From NCBI GenBank assembly GCA_051942205.1, contig JAVECO010000157.1:1-56264 (forward strand): DNA of 56,264 nt, written 5' to 3'. Source of the stretch: Coniocarpon cinnabarinum (lineage: Eukaryota). This document shows positions 34,292 through 45,645 of this stretch, one piece after another; the first letter of the stretch is position 1; each line of letters starts with the position of its first letter. The position numbers and the translations under genes are program-made. A model generated the notes under the pieces. That model was given only the letters and a program-made list of their open reading frames with translations. It did not search any database and was not told where the DNA came from.

Positions 34292-37200
34292 ATGTCATTA
34301 CAACTTCTAGTAGTGCACAATGGCCAGAGACGTAGTGTAGACCCAGCTTCCTCCAGTAGCTTGGAAACCTTCAAGTCATGGGTGGCCGAAGCTACCGCCA
34401 TTCCCGCAGCCAAACAAATTCTGTTGAACCCTTCAGGCAAGCAAGCTAGATTCAACTTTCTCAGGACAGAGGTGAGGCTCCCCTCGTCCCATACATGCAA
34501 CAGTCAGCTCCCGTGAACTGACATTTGCTAGGACGAACTCTTCGTGTATGACCGCGATGTCTTTTCACGCTCGAGAGACCCGACAAAGGCCAAGCCAGCT
34601 CTCGTACCAGACTTCGACCCATCTGCACACTTAGCGCAACCTGCTCCGGATGCTCTTGCTACCCAAGACGATCTCAACGCTTGGCAAGATTTGTTCCGGG
34701 CAAGGAGAAAATGGGCACTCGGTTTGATCGGCAAAGCTCGAGGTCTGTCGGAAGATGGCGCTCAGCATTTTGACGCCTTCAGTATAATAGAGAGAGGAGT
34801 GGGTGTTGCTGTTGGCAATCTCGAGGCTCATGTTCAGTCGCTGGAACAGAGGCACAACCAAGTGCAAGACTGGGCCACCAAAGTGCATGACGATCAAAAT
34901 AGCACATTGTCGCAGGTCGAGAATGTCAGGGTTGATCTGGAGAGACTACCAGCCGATGCACGTTTCAGAAGACTGCTGCCTGTGCTGGACAACCCCCAGG
35001 CAGCCCTTGAAGATGACGACGAGAAACAGGCGACGCTGGGAATGTTTGTCCCATACGGTCGTCTTGAAGATGCAGCCATTGAAGTTAGGAAGGGGCTGGA
35101 AAAACTCAAAGACCAGACAGACCAGCTAGTTTCCCAAGTTGACAACGTATTCCAGGCCGCCGGCGATCTGTTCGACGCTGTAGAGAAGACGCAAGCTGAG
35201 TCAATCTCAGGTCTTCAGCGGGACGCTACGTATCTGCTTCAGGAAATCGAGGCTATTTCGAATAAAGTCGCACAGGACTGCGACCACGTTTCTGCACTTC
35301 CTCCGGGTCAGAAATCAGTATCGCAAGCATCAAAAATGGCTCTTGTACACACACGGGACTACCTGCCTCGCATACGCGACTACTACCAAGAAATGAGCAG
35401 TCTCGTACAACAGACCGTGTCACAGCGCAACGCAGCGGCGACGCGAGTGATTTCGAATATGCAGAAGGTCGCAGAAGTTGAAGGGCTGTTTGCTCACGCG
35501 GATGCACAGGTAAGAAATATCGACTTCCACACCAAGGACGAGAGCGCGATAGATCTTGTCAATTTGGCTGTACAGTTGCCTTTTGTGTACGGTGCACTCC
35601 TGCTTGAGTCAACAAGAAGACGAGAGTGGGCACAGAGGATACGGGAAGAGTCATCGACTCTTGCAGAGGATATTGCGAGCTACCGCGAAGAGGAGGAGAA
35701 TCGACGTCGTCGTTGGCACAAGTCGATTGGCAGGGTTGTTGCTGAGGAAGCATCAAGCACAAACGTCCTCAACTTTGAGCTCAACCTCGACCAAGACCAA
35801 GATCCCTGGCCGGAAGTTGATAGGAGCATATTGCAAGACTACATTGTCGCTTTGAAGAGACTCGAGACCCAGAGTGATACTGTTAAAGACATTGAGACTG
35901 GTTTAGTAGACCTAGACAAGCCCACAAAGCTCCAGGCCAAAGCCGCCAAAGCCGCCAAAGCCTATAACAGCAGCAGTTTCGAAGACGCACATGTCGCCAA
36001 TGGCTCATTTTTCCTTCGCAACAATGACGAGATTAAAGTATTGCGAGACTCAAACCAGAAACTTGAGGATGAAGTCAAGAGCCAAAAGAGTCGTGTGAGA
36101 AAATTAGAAGAGCTGCTGTACAGGCAAGGACAAGCCGGTCGTACAACGTCTGGAAATGTCTTTCAGGCCACAGAGGCCGCGTACCGAGATCTTCCAACGC
36201 CGGAGTCCCACTCGCCTACTTTTGAATTCGAGGAGCGACTTTCGAGGAAAGCTTCTGCAAATTCTAGAAGAACGTCTGGCACAGGAACGGCGGAGGAGAA
36301 GGCACTCGCAAAGCGCATAGTATCACTCGAGGCAGACCTTCACTCGCAAAAACAGCGCAACGACGATCTGGACAGAAAAGTGCAGCGCCATCAACAAAGC
36401 ATTTCAGGCACTCGGGATCAGTTGAAAGACGCCGAGTCTACTAAGAGGGATCTCATGGCCAATCTTGAGGCCGTGCAACGAGAATTTGCAGGTGAGCGAC
36501 GTTTGCTGGAGGAAGAAATTGAGAAGCATAGAACGCGAAATGAGGAGGTTGAGGAAGAGCTTGACCGTTTGCTGGGCAGTCGAGATGCTGACGCGGGCTT
36601 GGAAGAGAAGCTGAGGACCCTGGAAGGAGAACTAGAGCAGACTAAGGCCACCCTTCTTCAGCGTGAGCAGGAGGCGAAGCAACATGAAGAAGCTCAAGTC
36701 GAAGAACGATCAGCCCTGGAAAACGTGCACAGGACTTTAAGTGGCAGTACAGAGCCATTTAACTTGTCCTCAGCTGAGCTGTTACATATGCTCGAAGACG
36801 TCGCTGACCGGGCAAACCGTCAGCTTCAAGACATGTCCAACCTCGTTGAGGCGATCAGATTAGAGAAGGATAGCCTGCAGACGACTCTGAATCATAAAGA
36901 CGACGACGTGTCAGGAATGCGCAAGGCTATCCAAAATCTAGAAGAAGAAGCGGCGAAACTTCGCAACGAGAAGAGTACTGAACAGGCTACAGTGAAATCC
37001 GTGAATACTGAGTTGAGTGACGCTCGAGAGCAGCTGAAAGCGCTCCGTGCAAAATTCGCTGAGGGAGAGACCGGTTCAGAGGTGCTACAGCAACGTCTGA
37101 CCGAACAAGCGAGTCGAGCCAGCGATCTGGCTACAGAACTCGCGCAAGCAAAGTCGCATGTCAACAGCCTCGATGTCGAACTGTCGAGCCTGCAGCGACG

Positions 37201-38476
37201 ACACAACAATGCCGTTAACACATCCAACAAGATCCAGATCATGCTGGATCAGCGCACCGGCAAAGCTCGCGAGCTCACCACGAGATTGATAACATGCTAC
37301 CATGACTTGGTGCGTCTTGTCAGCTCGCTTGGCCTCTCCATGTACCGACGCGATGGTGTTTTGGTCATCCAGCGTCCGTCAAAAGCAATCAATGCTTCGA
37401 CGGCCACGATTGACACCAGTGTCACGGGCAGTCAACTGGCGCCGCCAGTGCCTTCTTTCGACACGACCATTGACCCGATGCTCGCGTCCTGGACACAATC
37501 CGGAGAGCTCGATGACGAGAATGAACGCTTTGCGGAGCTTGTCGCCAAGCTCAACAATTTCAACCTGACGACGTTCTGTGAAGCCGTCATCAAGCTGCGT
37601 CGCGACGTAGAATGGACGGGCAAGAAATGGAAGATGGAGGCCCGCAACTATCGAGACAAGTTTCATCGCGCACAAGCTGAGGCACACGACAAGATTGCGT
37701 TTCGCTCATTTAAGGAAGGCGACCTGGCGTTGTTCTTGCCGACGCGCAACCAAGCTACCCGACCGTGGGCCGCCTTTAACGTCAACGCACCTCACTTCTT
37801 CCTCCGCGAACATGACTCGCACAAGCTCAGGAGCAAGGAATGGCTCGTCGCGCGCATTTCAAAGATTGAGGCCCGTCACGTGGATCTGTCAAAGACGATG
37901 AATAGCAGTCTACGAGGAGACCACGGCTCTTCTGCGGGTAAGGCGAGCGAGAGCAATGTCTCAATGGAAGACGACAATCCGTTTGAATTATCAGATGGCC
38001 TGCGCTGGTACTTGCTTGACGCCGCGGAAGAGAAGTTCGGCGCGCCCTCAACCCCGAGCGTTGGTAAAAGTACTGTAGCCAGCGCGACTGATCACGCAAA
38101 GGGTAGCACCATCGACATGAAAAAGGCAAGCGCAGGTAATGATGCTAGCTCTAAACTCCAGAGTCTCGAAAGCAGACGCAGCAGTTCGAACTCCAAACGC
38201 GGCTCCATCTCAGGCGCATCAATCAATCCAAAAGACACCAACGAAGATAACAGTCAAGCAACACGAAGTCCCACACTAGCAGAGCGTCCTGACCACGCAA
38301 GCGTAAAAACGCCTTCAATCGTTGAACGATCATCGAGCCGTGCGTCTCACCGTAATGCACCAAGTCGCTCAAGCGGCCTCGGCATTGAAATCAAAGAACC
38401 TGCAGAGCCTGTGACCGAAGACCGTGGAAGTGAAAGTATAGACGAGGTGCGCCGAGACCTTCTTTGGGGACCTTAG
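34292..38476 (+). CDS. ATG11: Autophagy scaffold Atg11; intron 34472-34531
   Basis: N-terminal ubiquitin-like region, long coiled coils and a C-terminal claw domain KIAFRSFKEGDLALFLPTRNQATRPWAAFNVNAPHFFL...DNPFELSDGLRWYLLDA. Confidence 0.95.
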
Positions 38477-38542
38477 AAAAAGCAGGTGTGACTGGTCTCC
38501 CGAGGCTATCCATTTTAGTGAAGCCAGCTAACTCTTTAACAG

Positions 38543-38890
38543 AATCCTGCGAAATCGCAAGTCGCTGGATCGCCTTCTCGGAATTTCCTAAGTATTTTTG
38601 GGTCCCCGCCGAAGAATTGGTTTGTTCGTGGTGACGCCACTTCGCCAGTAAGACCCCAAGTACAGGCACAGACACAGAATGTGTCGTCATCGACGAAATC
38701 GTCACCAGTGAAGCGACCACCTGGTTCGAAGGCAACGTCGCCGCTCAAGGCTCGGCCGGCGCCCTCGAGGACGCAAAGTACCGGTGCGTCTACTCAGACT
38801 TCTCCTAAGAAGGGGAGATCGAACCAGTGGGAGAGTTTGTGGGCTTTGGATGTGAATATTGAAGAGGGTGCGGGTACAAAGAAGAAATGA
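38543..38890 (+). CDS. ATG11: Candidate alternative terminal exon of ATG11
   Basis: Donor GAG|GTGCGC (38447), branch GCTAAC and acceptor CAG (ending 38542) give an in-frame 115-aa extension ending ...NQWESLWALDVNIEEGAGTKKK*. Confidence 0.6.
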   Translation, partial: NPAKSQVAGSPSRNFLSIFGSPPKNWFVRGDATSPVRPQVQAQTQNVSSSTKSSPVKRPPGSKATSPLKARPAPSRTQSTGASTQTSPKKGRSNQWESLWALDVNIEEGAGTKKK

Positions 38891-39414
38891 GGCGAGCTCA
38901 GCTAGGCCAGCTACAGAACAGTAACGATGGTAGGTGGAAGAGGAAGAATATATTTATGCATGGCTGGGCGTCTGTTGCTTACATGGAATCACTGGGATGG
39001 TGGCATTTGCATTGATACCCTGTTGAATAGGTACATGACTGGGTTACTGATGGCTTGGTTCTGGCGTCTGTTGTGAATGATGTATCGGCACACTGGCCTT
39101 GCTCCTTGTCCTGCATAGCTGCACGCCGTGTAAACGTTCTGAATAGACACAAGCATGTACCTCGTCATTGTCTTGTCTTTTTTGAAGAGAGTAAGAGATC
39201 GTAGGTTATCCGTGGAATTCAATTATCAATACCGTCGCTCATGCTCGCTCGTCTATATGCTTTCACTGTACAAATCTGTACAAAGTTCAGACACTTCATC
39301 GCGCCGGCTCCAACTAGACCCAAATGTCTTGATCCCGCTCACTTTCTACCGTATAGCCTTCACAACTTCCCACCGTGCCCATTCCCACCCTCTTCCCCTC
39401 CCAGCTAAATCCCC

Positions 39415-41055
39415 TTACGCCCATATCAAGAAAAGAGCCAACGCGGCGGCACTTAACACACTACTGCACAAAGTCGTTGTATCTCCCCTCAGACTCGCCG
39501 CCGCTCCCTGACTCGACCCGTTCCCACTCGCGCCACTGCCCCCTCCGTCGCCGGTACTCAACCCAAACGGCAACCCTTGATACCCAAACGACACACTCTG
39601 CGGCACGCTATTATTATAGCACTGCCCGTTGGCGATATCCAAGTGCATGAGATCATCCGGCGTGTTGAAGAACATGTACATGTTTTGGTTTAGCCCCTGG
39701 AAGCCGCTCGTGTCGTAGGGGAAGTAGTCGGAGTCGTCGGTGGCGCTCGTGTTGCGCAGAAAGATGCACTGCACCTGGCCGGGATAATCGGTTGCGAGCG
39801 CGGGATACGCCTTCATGACGTCGGAGTTGGATGTGTCGGCCACGAGGATGAACTTGCGGTGCGGGAACGTCTGGAAGATCTTGTCGAGGAGGAATCGCCG
39901 GATGGAGAGCGTGGCGCTGACGTCGGAGAAATTCAGAGGGCGAGTGTCGAAGGAGCCGCCGGGGTAGTTGGCGAAGATGAATTCTTCGTAGTTGCGCGTG
40001 ACTTGTTCGGGCAGCGTCGTCAGGTAGTGGAAATGCGTCTGGCTGTCTGAGATATTAAGTGATTCGGACCAGTTGCGGTAGATGTCTGGCATATTGAGCC
40101 AGGGGACGTAGGGGCGGGCAAAGGTATTGGCGATGATCTCTTTGGGGTCCCAGATTTTGGTGATCCTCAAAATGTCGTCGATGTCGGAGATGATGGTGAG
40201 GCCTTGATTGGGGACGAGGTAGGCGGTTGCGTTGCCGAGGTCGGTGCCGTTGGTTACGACGTTAAGGCGTTGGATCTGGTTCGTTTCATTGCCTGGTGCG
40301 AGGCCGGTGCTGACGATAGGAACAAAGTTGTCGTAGTCGCCTTCGATTGTCACATCGAAGGGGTACGCGACCGTCTGTTGACCTGCGCCGTTTTGAGGAG
40401 TCACGCCGCCTCCGCCGCCGGGTTCGCCGTCGCCTCCCGTGTTGGGAGCAGGCGAGAGTGTAAAGACAGGCGGAGGCGCATTGCCATCTTGCACGATGAA
40501 GATCTCCGCCGTCACATTTCGCGCCTGAGCCTGCTGATCCGGCGGCAAATCCTCAATATCCATGCCAATTAAAAAGTCATTCGCGCGGTCATTCAGATCA
40601 TCAACAGAGGTATTCGGCTGCCTGTAGATGTTCCCATGGAAGCGCACATTCCAGCCTCGGTCCGTCCAGTTCGCATACGGCGGGAAATTCTGCACAGCCG
40701 TAGGCGTCGCCTGGAGATCGTCGTCGTCGAGGCCGAGAGAGCTCGCGACCTGTGTGCCCGTCGGCAGATTCTCCCACCATTGCGGGACGCCGGACGCGAC
40801 GTAGCTGGGGACGTTGGTGCCGAGGCTGGAGAGCGCGCCGGAGACATCGCCGGCGACGTCGCTGATGATGCCCCTTCTCTTGACTGTTCGCGTGGGGCTG
40901 GCGTCTGTCGCGCGAATTAGGGGGTCGGGAGCGGCGGCTGCGGCGCGTCGTTGGGGATTGTTATGTGCGGGTTTGGCGGTGATAGCTGGGTTTGAGAGGG
41001 CGTGTGCGGTTGCGGACAGTGCGGCGCTCGCGCAGAGGTAGAGATGGGAGCGCAT
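39415..41055 (-). CDS. App1-like phosphatidate phosphatase-domain protein with signal peptide and probable GPI anchor
   Basis: GLTIISDIDDILRIT (DxDxT-like), FHYLTTLPEQ and IFQTFPHRKFILVADT; N-terminal signal peptide; C-terminal small-residue omega site plus hydrophobic tail. Confidence 0.8.
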   Translation of the reverse strand: MRSHLYLCASAALSATAHALSNPAITAKPAHNNPQRRAAAAAPDPLIRATDASPTRTVKRRGIISDVAGDVSGALSSLGTNVPSYVASGVPQWWENLPTGTQVASSLGLDDDDLQATPTAVQNFPPYANWTDRGWNVRFHGNIYRQPNTSVDDLNDRANDFLIGMDIEDLPPDQQAQARNVTAEIFIVQDGNAPPPVFTLSPAPNTGGDGEPGGGGGVTPQNGAGQQTVAYPFDVTIEGDYDNFVPIVSTGLAPGNETNQIQRLNVVTNGTDLGNATAYLVPNQGLTIISDIDDILRITKIWDPKEIIANTFARPYVPWLNMPDIYRNWSESLNISDSQTHFHYLTTLPEQVTRNYEEFIFANYPGGSFDTRPLNFSDVSATLSIRRFLLDKIFQTFPHRKFILVADTSNSDVMKAYPALATDYPGQVQCIFLRNTSATDDSDYFPYDTSGFQGLNQNMYMFFNTPDDLMHLDIANGQCYNNSVPQSVSFGYQGLPFGLSTGDGGGSGASGNGSSQGAAASLRGDTTTLCSSVLSAAALALFLIWA

Positions 41056-42555
41056 CCTGATGCTTGAGGTTGCTGCAGTCGGTAAGGGTAAGGGGCGCGT
41101 TTGGCGATCGACAGACAGACAGTCAGCCCAGCATATACGCTAGGGCTGGCTGTATATGCTCGTCGATGCACCAGCCCTGAGTGAGGATGTGATGTTTATT
41201 TTTCGACAGGGATACAAAGTTGGTCTTAGGTCGTTATATGGCACGGACAGCGAGGAGTAGATAAGTGCAAGCGGATCGAAGAAAAGCAGCACGCGCGTGG
41301 AAGGAAAGTTGGTCTGCTTGGCTGCCAAGCAACACAGACACCCGCCGGCGCTCATTTCCCGATCGTTGGGGGCTGCATGAGGCTACAGTGCTACACTCTT
41401 GTCTCCTTCCAGCAACCGGGAGAGGTGTCCTGTCTTTGGATTTCTCTTGGCTGCTGGTGAAACGGGCAGTCGGCCAGTGCCGAGCCATCTGGCGTGCGCC
41501 GCTATATGGTTTGCGGTTTCAGATCAAAGACAGATGGCACTTGTTGCGTTTCACATGTCACCAAGCTCTGCGTCATCTTCGCTTGACACGCTAGGCTCGC
41601 TAGCTTACCAGTTTGGGCAGTTTGTTTACGGAGTATTGCGTTCCCTTCATCTATCAACACAGACTGCGGTACCAGGTCTCTTATACTCTGCACAGCTCAG
41701 TCATACAAGATCCAATTGCAATAATAGCTTCAGCGGCTATCACTAGAGATCTGAAAAAACAACATCTTCTCCAGTTCGGGTGTGCCGTCGCTCACGGCCG
41801 ACACGGTCACACGTGCGCGCCACGTGAAGTCTGAAGATAGCCCAGGAGATAATATTTCCCCGGTGGATATGCACCCCTTCCAACGCAAGGTTGCGAATTC
41901 ATCACCACATGTTGTTGCAGTCCCTCTCATGACAGGTCCGAAGTCAGACTCTGAATTTTGACAATCGAGTGTAGGTTGCAATGCGCTCATGAGACGGTGG
42001 AGCCCTTATCTAGGTGCTCATCCAGACTCGCTTTACACAGAGATCTAGAAATAGAGTCAGTAGAGCAGGATCAAGATCAACTATGGGGTCTCTCTTGTGT
42101 AGAGTCTCGGAATCTGCGGCAAGTCATTTTCATATCAGCTGCAAGAGACCTGTAATAAGTGCATGCCAGGGTTTCTCCCACACAGGGCATCGTTTTCGTA
42201 TGCTGGTATGCTGGACGTAGCGATGTCCAGTAGTGCTGGCTACGACATTTCAAGACGGTGGCCACGGGTGTCCCTGATTTTCCTCCTTCCTCCCAAGGGA
42301 GCCACGCATCTTTGGATCGCTTCTGCACACAATCGCTACGCAATAAAAGATGGCATGGAAATCGCTGATTAGTATGCAAGCTTTCTCCGCTGACGTACGG
42401 AGCCAGTATTTGCCGGCTCGCGAATGCCAAGCACAGGAACCGGCGTCCGGTAAAAGCTTACCTTGTCTATCGATCGACCAGGGTCCAGCATGCCAGTAAT
42501 GGTACACCGCGGTTGGCGAGAACTAGGAGGGTGAACGAGATTCAGCAGCGAAGGG

Positions 42556-42622
42556 TGGGATTGGTTGGTGTGAGATTGGTCGGTGTGGGATTGCTTGGCG
42601 TCGAATTGGTTGGCATGAGATT
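42556..42622. repeat. Degenerate 15-bp tandem repeat (4.5 units)
   Basis: tgggattggttggtg / tgagattggtcggtg / tgggattgcttggcg / tcgaattggttggca / tgagatt. Confidence 0.7.
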
Positions 42623-43850
42623 CGATAGTTACATGATTGAACTTTCGTCTCTTTTGCTTATCTCCCAAATCGATGTGTGATAAAGCAAGGCCGCCATCTT
42701 CCGTCATCTCTATCTCAATCCTCTGTGGGAAAATAGCGCAATCGCTATCAAACTTAACAAGGAGAAGCGGTGCATTCTTTACGAGGTTGGGTCAGTAGCC
42801 AGTCATTTTCAGGAAGGTGTGAATTGAGACTTTGGACACATAGTTGTAAGCTCTAAGAAGCGGTCACCACGTGATGTAGAATCATTTCGAGGCCGGCTGC
42901 AGGATGCGAGAACACGTTTCTAAATTGGAATGTGGGCGATGATGTGAAGTGCAAAAGGAGTGAGCGCCTTCTCAGTCATTCTGAACCTTTAGAAGATGCT
43001 GAGACACACTCGTCAAGGGGGTACATCATACTCAAGCTCCAGTCTGTACTTCATCTGGTAGAAAATCATAGCCACGTGACTACCCACTGCATTAGACGAT
43101 TTTTGTATCATTGATCTTCGAAGTAGGCCGTGAATCAAGCGAAGGGGTCATAGGTACTGATTGAGTATAAACTAGGAATACTTTGAAACCCTGCCCAACA
43201 CTCGTTCAAAACATGTAAGGGATCTGCAGATCGGAGCTGCGCCGCTGCACGTTGAGACGAATTTCCCGGTCCAGGAACTCAATCTCTAACTTCATCTTCG
43301 CATGTCGCTGTCTCGCTGTCTCGCTGAGCATCGCGACTACGCGATGGGATGCCTTGGGAAAGATAGAATCGAATTTCGTAACACATCTTCTCAGCGACAC
43401 ATCGGTCCACGCCAGCTCCTTGCCGGCACGTGTGTGCCAGATCGTGTTCAAGTTCAGCCGCGACGGAAGATCTTCCATCGGTCGATGTCCGCCCCCTTCC
43501 TATCGCGAGATTGCATGTCTATCTCAATCAATTCTCTTGTGACGTATGTATCTAATGTGAGCTAGTGCAAACGTGTCGGGAACTAGAAGCTTGTCGAGCC
43601 GCTGCCTTCATCGATCCATCGAATGCCAAACGATGGGTATGCCGGCCATACTCGCGTCCCTAAGAATCGATGACTCCTACGGGCGGCTTCTTCGCTTTGT
43701 TCTATGGCAGGATGTCCGCACCACCGCCTTCGCGACAGGACGCGATCGATCCTACTCGATGCCATCTTCAAATCTTTTGCCGATGTCGTTAGCTATGGTA
43801 TTACAATGATCTAGATCAGTACTGGTCATAGAATTAGTATTGACGCGCTA

Positions 43851-44684
43851 CTATATCCGCATGTTCCAACTGCGTAAGATGTTGATCGTGCTGATACCAG
43901 CAAAGCCTAGAAACTGGCCCACATCAGCTGCGCCTTGACCGAGCACTCTCACATCCTCTAATCTTCGATGCAGAGACCTTCGAGTATCTATGAAATCAGT
44001 ACTTTGGTCCTGCGTCATGAACGTCTCGGAGGCAGCATAGGTCGCAGCTACGGCAGCTCGCTTCATGTACCACGATGAATCGACGCTTGTGTCTCCCGCT
44101 AGAAATAGCATCTCATCAGACAAGCGGCCCAACTCTGCAAGAGAGGGTGGTATATTTCTTGCTAATGACATGATCGCGATCGCCGTCGCGTACTGGTGGA
44201 TGATTGGGGAATTCGCGCGCAATCGAGTGAGCAGGGTCTGCTCGAGTCTCGCATCGGGCTGTAACTCGTGAGCAGAATTAGGATCAGAAGCGTCGGAATT
44301 GTGCCAAGGCAACGCATCCTTCAACCTGGTACGCTGAGTAATCAGGTGGAATTTCACGAGCTCGAAGGCCCCGTGAGAAAGCAAGGCCAACGAGGTGGGC
44401 AGATACCCAGCGTCATGGGCGCCTCTCAAGAGTGCATCCTTTGTGAACCCGAGCGCGGGAACGTGGCTCATTGCAGCATCGAGGATCGCAGTCTGGGCCG
44501 ATGGGGCGGATGACGGCGTTGAGGAAAGTGTAGACGTGGACGCGAAAGGCCGCAGGTGACGTGCAGAAGTCGTCATATCCTTGCAATCAAACCCTCTGCG
44601 AGCGCATCGAGATGGCAGGCTGTGGCCACGAGCGCAGGAGACGGCTGCACTCAGACATGATGAAGCGCGCATCGCCGATGGCAC
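43851..44684 (-). CDS. COQ9: Ubiquinone biosynthesis protein Coq9, mitochondrial
   Basis: Mitochondrial presequence, ILDAAMSHVPALGF, LSDEMLFLAGDTSVDSSWYMKRAAVAATYAASETFMTQDQSTDFIDT. Confidence 0.92.
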   Translation of the reverse strand: MPSAMRASSCLSAAVSCARGHSLPSRCARRGFDCKDMTTSARHLRPFASTSTLSSTPSSAPSAQTAILDAAMSHVPALGFTKDALLRGAHDAGYLPTSLALLSHGAFELVKFHLITQRTRLKDALPWHNSDASDPNSAHELQPDARLEQTLLTRLRANSPIIHQYATAIAIMSLARNIPPSLAELGRLSDEMLFLAGDTSVDSSWYMKRAAVAATYAASETFMTQDQSTDFIDTRRSLHRRLEDVRVLGQGAADVGQFLGFAGISTINILRSWNMRI

Positions 44685-44850
44685 TCAGCCACCAGGATAG
44701 AAGTCGCTGGATGCTGGCTGGACTGGCTCATATGACAGCGGAGGAGCTTGATGGATGGGCGACCTGTTGACGAGGTCGGGACGCGTCTCTGCACGAAGAG
44801 GCGTCGGTGCAGCGTTGAAGCATGAAGGGACAAGGACGCTGTTGTCGGTG

Positions 44851-45120
44851 AGCAGCATCGAGCATCGACAGACGCGGACGAGTTGGGTCGAGCAGGGGCT
44901 GGGCTGAGCGATGCGGATCGATCGATATCGGTTCAGCGAGGTGGCCCTGCAAAGCGGAGGCGCTCCGAGGAGCCAGACCGAGCGGGAATGATCTAGGCCC
45001 CGCCCAATGACACGGCGGCGATGGCCAGCGAGAGGCGCGCATCGCCGGATCTGCCTCACAACACGCATAGCAGTAGGGCGAGCAGCCAGCAGCAGCATCA
45101 GCATCAGCATCAGCCATCAG
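44851..45120. promoter_or_regulatory. Cluster of White Collar Complex-type elements (LRE/C-box-like) upstream of frq
   Basis: Repeated GATN/CGAT motifs: agcagcatcgagcatcga (44851), cgatgcggatcgatcgatatcg (44909-44930) and (GCATCA)3 at ~45095-45112. Confidence 0.5.
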
Positions 45121-45645
45121 TGTGGTGCTGCATCCACTATCCACTCCGCACGCTGATTCCCTCCGCCAGACCCTGAGTCTCTTCATCGCGCCTCCATCGG
45201 CAGCATGCCCTGTCATGCACGCCGACCTGATTGAGCCTTTTTGCCATGCGCTCCTTCTCTCGCCCGCTACATCCACGTCGTCCCCTCTGCAATTCCCTCC
45301 ACCACCACCGCCGTGCACATCTGTTCCCTCACCGCATCAACAGCATCAATAGCACTGTCAACGACGCTCGCAGAGTTCGCCGTCGACCGCATCTCCAGTT
45401 TTCTTCTTGTCGCACACGGCTTCTCAACATCGCATTGACCGCCACTTGAGTCTGCACCAAACCAGGTCATTGGGGAGGAGTGGGAGTACCTCGACATACA
45501 CCACTCCTCGTCCGTGACTTGCTTCAATGGCCAGTCATCCCGCCTAAGGTCTTCCTGCCCCGGCGCGAAGATGTTTGCACACCATCACTCAAGAGGCCCC
45601 GCAGCCTCCCACCTTCACGCCACCCACTGTTCCTCACCAGCATCC

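Noticed and set aside
43206..43771. Two short minus-strand ORFs downstream of COQ9
   Set aside because: No coherent spliced model could be built and no motif was recognised.
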